From: Candidatus Thorarchaeota archaeon
Lineage (GTDB): Archaea > Asgardarchaeota > Thorarchaeia > Thorarchaeales > Thorarchaeaceae
Direction: 5' to 3'
Assembly: GCA_004524445.1 (NCBI GenBank)
Contig: SDNP01000051.1
Span: forward strand, 1 to 12,205
Length of the DNA: 12,205 nucleotides
Shown here: piece after piece, positions 8,401 to 12,205 of the stretch
Position numbering within the stretch: the first letter of the stretch is position 1
Layout: every line of letters starts with the position of its first letter
Position numbers and translations under genes: made by a program
The notes under the pieces: generated by a model
What the model saw: only the letters and a program-made list of their open reading frames with translations
The model's database searches: none
What the model was told of the DNA's origin: nothing

Positions 8401-8840
8401 ACTTCTACTGGATCCATATTACGAAGAGCATTAATCCTCTCTTGAGGCATGAACACAAGAGGATTATCTGGATCAAAACCAAGTGTTTCTACCAATTGAT
8501 GCATCTCGGATGCCTTAACTCTTCTACCATCTATATATGCGCGAGGAATACCATCTCGGCTGATTTTTCTTTCAAATTTGCGTGATTGTCCATTGACTTT
8601 GGCAACAAGTTCTACCGCACCGGAAGATGCACCATGTCGTACAAAATCACTCCATTTCGAGTATCTTCGTTCCCGTTGATTGGAGCCCAATGCAAATTTG
8701 ATTGCGTGGAAGATTGACGTTTTTCCGGAACCATTCGGACCAACGACTACTGTAAGACCTTTGTCAAGCTCTACCGTGCCCTCGTAGAACGACAAGAAGT
8801 TCTTCAGCCGTACTGATTCAATATACACATCAGTTTGCAA
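5475..8840 (-). CDS. smc: SMC-family ATPase with Smc5/6-type head and hinge signatures
   Basis: Walker A GPNGSGKT (8741-8718), Q-loop NPLVFMPQERI, long coiled coils, central hinge (VIGPLL...LEAVL...AFL; IVTMDG), signature GSGGERS (5768-5748), Walker B/D-loop YSLDEIDTFLD, and QFIIFTP. Start is probably TTG 8840 (GAGGT ~10 nt upstream) or TTG 8864. Confidence 0.95.
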   Translation of the reverse strand: MQTDVYIESVRLKNFLSFYEGTVELDKGLTVVVGPNGSGKTSIFHAIKFALGSNQRERRYSKWSDFVRHGASSGAVELVAKVNGQSRKFERKISRDGIPRAYIDGRRVKASEMHQLVETLGFDPDNPLVFMPQERINALRNMDPVEVRKLVEEGTGLDELRDRIRLEESRVFQSSESLESTKSEAQVVQKELEFLGHDLERLEKKRRLQKEEKELDLEHKWAALNDLNARINEIRLEIEDKEEGLGSVLEEYSDVESLISEQQDKLELVNQSLQKNQLDIGKTTARIEEEERRLSKLEDSNQRLVEEIRDLEEKVAMEKSKKESLSKDLQRISKAREGYMEEHGAISVEMEEVEQERGVLDEKLDEFAEWNSRRAEVHGDYRALQAEVRSTDLLMRSLREKLQVDEAELQSIENKWGELWDTVDEIDEEDLEERKTQLESDLSELNETRFQRSSRVSELQKKIDALENQLAERSERIPDSVKELRNAIEERQLDNVIGPLLSELSVDEIHGDALEAVLDPNLSFAFLTSSSTDFDLVQKLRDSLAAPAPIVLAQHGESPQRIDISEYPGALGWLWDEIGLEGHEKETIANAIGDYVLTKNSMSAYRLSNKVPLNIVTMDGQVIVNNKKRKISHPRKEPTGIVSLAPLQKELKNTRNELVIARKQLTAVLEKIAGTTTERDKVLDLMSQVSRWSGIWERRKRLLDGIPEQRSEVAVLESKLENLQQELDNAETKLRELDNSQPPERSKLLGQQSALRMKQRRLQKQLRDLDNRLMSSEKNQEVRRQELQNVNENIEMYSERLVEVREELKGSENEGSEILGFIDELKQKIKELESERIQLQNEQKEIDSKISENRQALLEMNLQVRNSRLEVIQAKKQLDAMSSERDMVKDEIEGYVQPAEVRDLEIVRNELIRVRHLLDDYQDVSETIAVTENKLKDRLGNLTKKVAELEAEVSAAEDTINKIREEYHNGMNETLQSVEDNVNEILNSVNFSGEVRFDLSLRNQVYGVDFKCKFRGEEFKELSAGSGGERSLVAIGLILALQRFNPAPVYSLDEIDTFLDATNTEMVSRLLYDSSRNSQFIIFTPAKSTHLLKNADKRLGVVSPRGTEPSVIIESPSFSGQ

Positions 8841-8853
8841 ATCGATTCTAACC

Positions 8854-9924
8854 TCATCTTCCAAGTAGTCTATCTAAACGGTCTTTACTTCGTTTTGCTC
8901 GTAATAATCTCGTTAGTTTCTCATCAGCAGAGCCAGACAGCAGAAATGGGTAGTAACTAAGAAACTCACGGTCCTCGGGGGTGAGAGGGAGATTTGAGTT
9001 CAGAGTTTCTATCACCTGCTGTGTCCGATGGAAATTGTCACCCACCGCCATCAAGTAAAGCTGGTCCAGAAACGCATCAGGATACTCTTCGGATAAGCGC
9101 TCATAGGTTGGATGGGACCCACCTTCAACCTTCTGAGCTATACTATCAATCACCTGTTTCCTACCAAGGGGAACAATTCCAGCATCACCGATAATGCGCT
9201 CAAGCTCGCTCTTTGAATAGTCGCTTTTCTCGTCGAGTGGGTTTCTGACTAGGAAGGAGGCTAGGTGAGTAATGTCTGAGAATGCCCATCCTTCCGTGAC
9301 TTCAGCTATAAGAGTAGGATCAGCTGAAGAACCAGCCAAGGCTTTTTCCAATACACGAACTCTATCCTCCAGAGTAGGTGATTGGAATACGTATGTTTGC
9401 TCAAACAGAGTTAGCGCATTTCTATCAATGGCTTTTGGATTACTGGTCTGACATATCACCAGCACTTCATCAACATCCCATGAACAGTTTTTCATCTCCA
9501 TAGAGAGAACAGCCGCCTGATTCGAATTATTTTCCGCCAAAAGCTCGAATCGTTCAATATATAGAAGTGCAGGCGAGTTTCGCTTTGCAAATTCGAAACC
9601 GGTTCGAATATTTTCAGGTAATCGGTCAGGAGATTCCAATATGCCTTCGAATCTAAATCTCAGCAACCGGAGAGGAATATCAGTAGATATATGGTGAATA
9701 AATGACATGAAGTCAGTTCCAGGAGGGCCGATGAGTAGAGTTTTCCCACCAAATTTGAGCCCAAGTTTTTCAAGCTGGGACTGGTTTTCTTTGGCTTTCT
9801 CTATTTCATTCTTGAGTTTGATTGCATCCTCTACTACTGATTGCTGTGATAACTCCCGAGATGGGAGGTCCTCTGGTTCTACGAGGTCAATGACCTCTGT
9901 GTAAATTTCTTCTCTGCTCAACAC
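8854..9924 (-). CDS. Degenerate (pseudo-ATPase) classical-clade AAA+ protein, Cdc48/PAN/FtsH-like fold, with a C-terminal helical extension
   Basis: Aligns by eye to the classical AAA module: LLIGPPGTDFMS (Walker A, no Lys), NIRTGFEFAKRNSPALLYIERFE (Walker B, no DE), VLVICQTSNPKAIDRNALTLF (SRH, no Arg finger), lid IAEVTEGWAFSDI. Likely start GTG 9924 or TTG 9921, with a GGGGT SD-like motif and a TATA-like element ~30 nt upstream. Confidence 0.8.
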   Translation of the reverse strand: MLSREEIYTEVIDLVEPEDLPSRELSQQSVVEDAIKLKNEIEKAKENQSQLEKLGLKFGGKTLLIGPPGTDFMSFIHHISTDIPLRLLRFRFEGILESPDRLPENIRTGFEFAKRNSPALLYIERFELLAENNSNQAAVLSMEMKNCSWDVDEVLVICQTSNPKAIDRNALTLFEQTYVFQSPTLEDRVRVLEKALAGSSADPTLIAEVTEGWAFSDITHLASFLVRNPLDEKSDYSKSELERIIGDAGIVPLGRKQVIDSIAQKVEGGSHPTYERLSEEYPDAFLDQLYLMAVGDNFHRTQQVIETLNSNLPLTPEDREFLSYYPFLLSGSADEKLTRLLRAKRSKDRLDRLLGR

Positions 9925-10088
9925 ACTACCCCACTTGGTGGCTTTTCTTAGCAATAAATGAAAGCATAATATTCCTTCGGAATGCATGCATTTTCGCGCC
10001 TTTCGATGAAAGGAATTTATTCAAAAGCAGTTTCACCGCAGCAACCTTAAGGCTCAATTCTGAATCTAATTCTACGGTGTTACCGACT
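9925..10088. promoter_or_regulatory. Divergent promoter region between the SMC operon and the MoxR operon
   Basis: Minus-strand TTTATT (9958-9953); plus-strand TTTATTC (10016-10022) and CCTTAAGG (10045-10052); inverted repeats at 9971-9983, 9981-9992 and 9999-10013. Confidence 0.5.
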
Positions 10089-11795
10089 GTGACCACTGCT
10101 AGTGAAGCCCTGCGAGAAGTTGTGTGGAGAGTGATTAGTACAGTTGGCAGTCGAGGCCTCTTCGTACATTCAGATGAGCTCGAAATTAGACATCAGGGTA
10201 AGAGCCGCAAACGTGCCTCCATATCCAGACTGCCGCTAATTGTCGGGGCATGTGTATTAAATGCACTAGTGCCGAGATCAGCAATGCTGTTGGTAGGTGG
10301 GCATGGTGGCGGTAAAACTACATTACTGAAAGTTCTAGGTCGTATGCTGACAGGAAAGGGGCTCCAAGAGATAGAGGATGGCATGCTCAGAGGGCACCCT
10401 CAACTCACAGAAGAAAAGATGGTTGCAACACTCCGGCCTGGGCCCTTGATGAAAGAAGGTGTAGAGGTTGTTGTTTGGCGGAGGTTTGTCACAGACTTCT
10501 GGAAAATTATCGATGAAGTAAACAGACTGACCCCACACACTCAGAATATTCTGTTGTCAATGTTGGCTGAAGGCGAACTGAAATATTACGATGAAGTTAA
10601 GCGCTGTGATGAATATTGCCTATATGCGACTATGAATCCCTCAGATAGTGGGACATTTGACCTGGCACCGCCTTTTCTTGATAGATTTGGGATAGCAGCA
10701 CCCATCACAATGCCAACAACCGAAGACCTCGAGCTAATTCTTTCTTCAAGAGATGAGAAGCTATTTGGATACGACGAGTTATGGCAAGTACCAGCTTTGG
10801 CAGAAGAAGAAGACCTACTTACTATCTGGAACTTAGCTGATAAGATTCCGTTATCGGAGAATGCCTCTGCATACTTGCGTTCTATTGTAAGGGAGTTTGG
10901 TGCATGCGTACGCGTAGATAAGAGCCAGTCACATAATCTTACAATTGAAACGGGGCTTTGTGACGGATGTCATTACAACACCGCAAAGAGTGTGTGCAAC
11001 AAGGTAATCATACCCTTGAGTGTACGAGCAGCAAAGGACTTGAATCGATATTCAAAGGCAGCTGCTTGGTTAGTAGGGGCAACTGAGGTCAGTGTTGAGA
11101 TTGTGAAGTCTCTTGCACCACTTGTGTTCTGGCATAGAACAACCTTTTCACAGAACGATTTGGAAGCATCGCCCTATTACGGGAATGCGTATGAATTCAT
11201 GCGACATCTAATTGAACTAGCATCAAGTAGATTCGCTCAACGCGAGTCAGCATTGAAAATTCTCAAACGACTTAAGACAGGCGAAGGAAAAGATGAGGAC
11301 CTAAATAAATTGAAAGAAATGGGGAAAAGCGACCTATTAGTCAGAATTGACTACCTTGACCTAGCTCGAGAGTTGAAAAAGAAACGGTATGCAAAGGTGG
11401 TAAAGCGAATTGAGAAGAGCATAGACAGTGCAAAAGTTAAGGAGCTGTCTGAGCTAAAGCAATCACTCATGGAAGATACTGATTTGCCTAATCGTGCAAT
11501 GTTGCTGAGAAAGGTTACGGATGCTTTACACTCTTTGACGCTATCACAGTTTGAATTGGGATTTGAGCAATGGCAAGATCTTTGGACAACGGTTAGTCTT
11601 CGGTACCCAAAGATGACAAGCATCCTCAAGGAAACCCTTAATCCTCCAAAACGAAAAGTGCTTCGAACAGATGATTTAACACTGGTAGTCTATGTAACAG
11701 GTAGTTCCCCGGATTCTCCTGTGTTTCTGGAAGTTTCTGGGGGGCCTGAAGCAATTTCACTGAAGAAGGATATAGAGAAACACCTCAAAAAATAA
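10089..11795 (+). CDS. MoxR-family AAA+ ATPase with a Cys-rich insert and a C-terminal extension
   Basis: Walker A GGHGGGKT (10296-10319), Walker B IIDEVNRL, TQNILLSMLAEG, ATMNP, GTFDLAPPFLDRF and lid motif SVRAAKDL are all MoxR hallmarks. Start GTG 10089 (GGTG upstream) or GTG 10077. Confidence 0.9.
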   Translation: MTTASEALREVVWRVISTVGSRGLFVHSDELEIRHQGKSRKRASISRLPLIVGACVLNALVPRSAMLLVGGHGGGKTTLLKVLGRMLTGKGLQEIEDGMLRGHPQLTEEKMVATLRPGPLMKEGVEVVVWRRFVTDFWKIIDEVNRLTPHTQNILLSMLAEGELKYYDEVKRCDEYCLYATMNPSDSGTFDLAPPFLDRFGIAAPITMPTTEDLELILSSRDEKLFGYDELWQVPALAEEEDLLTIWNLADKIPLSENASAYLRSIVREFGACVRVDKSQSHNLTIETGLCDGCHYNTAKSVCNKVIIPLSVRAAKDLNRYSKAAAWLVGATEVSVEIVKSLAPLVFWHRTTFSQNDLEASPYYGNAYEFMRHLIELASSRFAQRESALKILKRLKTGEGKDEDLNKLKEMGKSDLLVRIDYLDLARELKKKRYAKVVKRIEKSIDSAKVKELSELKQSLMEDTDLPNRAMLLRKVTDALHSLTLSQFELGFEQWQDLWTTVSLRYPKMTSILKETLNPPKRKVLRTDDLTLVVYVTGSSPDSPVFLEVSGGPEAISLKKDIEKHLKK

Positions 11796-12205
11796 TGAGC
11801 CGAACATATATGACAGAATCGAGTTTCGTAAACGGCGATACTTCAAATCTAGGCATACTTGCTTCTAGAGCCTGGAAAAAAGCAATCGCAGATTTCTATC
11901 ATCCCCCGCTTCCGGACCCGGTCATAGAACATGATTCGGAAAAAGCTAGTCATTTCTACATCGACTCTGATACATGGACAGTTCATCTGAATACCTTCGG
12001 AGTGCCTGCCAACCTCCCCCCCAAAGAAAAACTCAGCTTCTTGACCTCTATATGCCAACATGAGATACAGCATTATCTGGTTTGCCCCTATGATGGGGTA
12101 AGCAATGGAATGATGTTCGCGGCTGCTAGAAGACATGTTGATGACGAATTGGCAATGTTTGCATGTAATCTCTACGCGGATCTCCTTGTCGATTCAGCCC
12201 TTTTG
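11795..12205 (+). CDS. N-terminus of a HExxH zincin-like metallopeptidase-domain protein (MoxR/vWA-associated, DUF2201_N-like); partial, runs off the window
   Basis: ATG overlaps the MoxR stop (TAATG) and the frame stays open to the window end (137 codons): MSRTYMTESS...FLTSICQHEIQHYLVCPYDG...FACNLYADLLVDSALL. HEIQH at 12059-12073 is followed by an NxxxDxxxD motif. Not in the supplied ORF track. Confidence 0.85.
   Translation, partial: MSRTYMTESSFVNGDTSNLGILASRAWKKAIADFYHPPLPDPVIEHDSEKASHFYIDSDTWTVHLNTFGVPANLPPKEKLSFLTSICQHEIQHYLVCPYDGVSNGMMFAAARRHVDDELAMFACNLYADLLVDSALL

Noticed and set aside
5475-8864. Rad50/SbcC assignment
   Set aside because: No central CxxC zinc hook, a globular hinge is present, and there is no adjacent Mre11/SbcD.
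4329-9924. Calling the locus a Wadjet (jetABCD/mksBEFG) defence system
   Set aside because: No Toprim/JetD nuclease in the window, gene order is smc-kleisin-KITE rather than kleisin-KITE-smc, the kleisin is small, and the SMC head is not MukB/JetC-like.
8854-9987. Active Cdc48/Vps4/PAN ATPase, or a pseudogene; ATG 9987 start
   Set aside because: Catalytic motifs are absent, yet the frame is intact and coupled to smc. The first 21 codons from 9987 overlap the probable promoter.
4162-11629. Other short nested ORFs (e.g. 4587-4868, 7939-8277, 9707-9904, 10193-10384, 11351-11629)
   Set aside because: They are shadows of real genes; the Ser/Phe-rich composition is what antisense Glu/Lys-rich coiled-coil codons produce.
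11849-12136. 95-aa minus-strand ORF in the track
   Set aside because: It is the antisense shadow of the plus-strand HExxH gene starting at 11795.
1-12205. CRISPR array, rRNA, transposase or integrase
   Set aside because: No regularly spaced direct repeats or mobile-element motifs were seen by eye.

Overview
An archaeal-looking chromosomal segment, probably Asgard/Thorarchaeia-like; this is inferred from gene content and style only. Left to right: (1) a large secreted, C-terminally anchored surface glycoprotein with three tandem CBM-like beta-sandwich repeats and two Ig-like domains; (2) a ~470 bp intergenic region with a strand-specific, G-U-rich long hairpin (candidate ncRNA) behind a palindrome-rich promoter; (3) a minus-strand cluster read 9924->3264: catalytically dead Cdc48/PAN-type AAA+ protein -> SMC ATPase with Smc5/6-type signatures -> kleisin (ScpA/Nse4-like) -> single KITE (Nse1/Nse3-like) -> TFIIB-type Zn-ribbon/winged-helix protein -> YkgJ cysteine-cluster protein; (4) a divergent MoxR-type AAA+ ATPase coupled to a HExxH metallopeptidase-domain gene that runs off the window and is missing from the ORF track. 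The best candidate for an undescribed system is the compact prokaryotic Smc5/6-like operon headed by a pseudo-ATPase.
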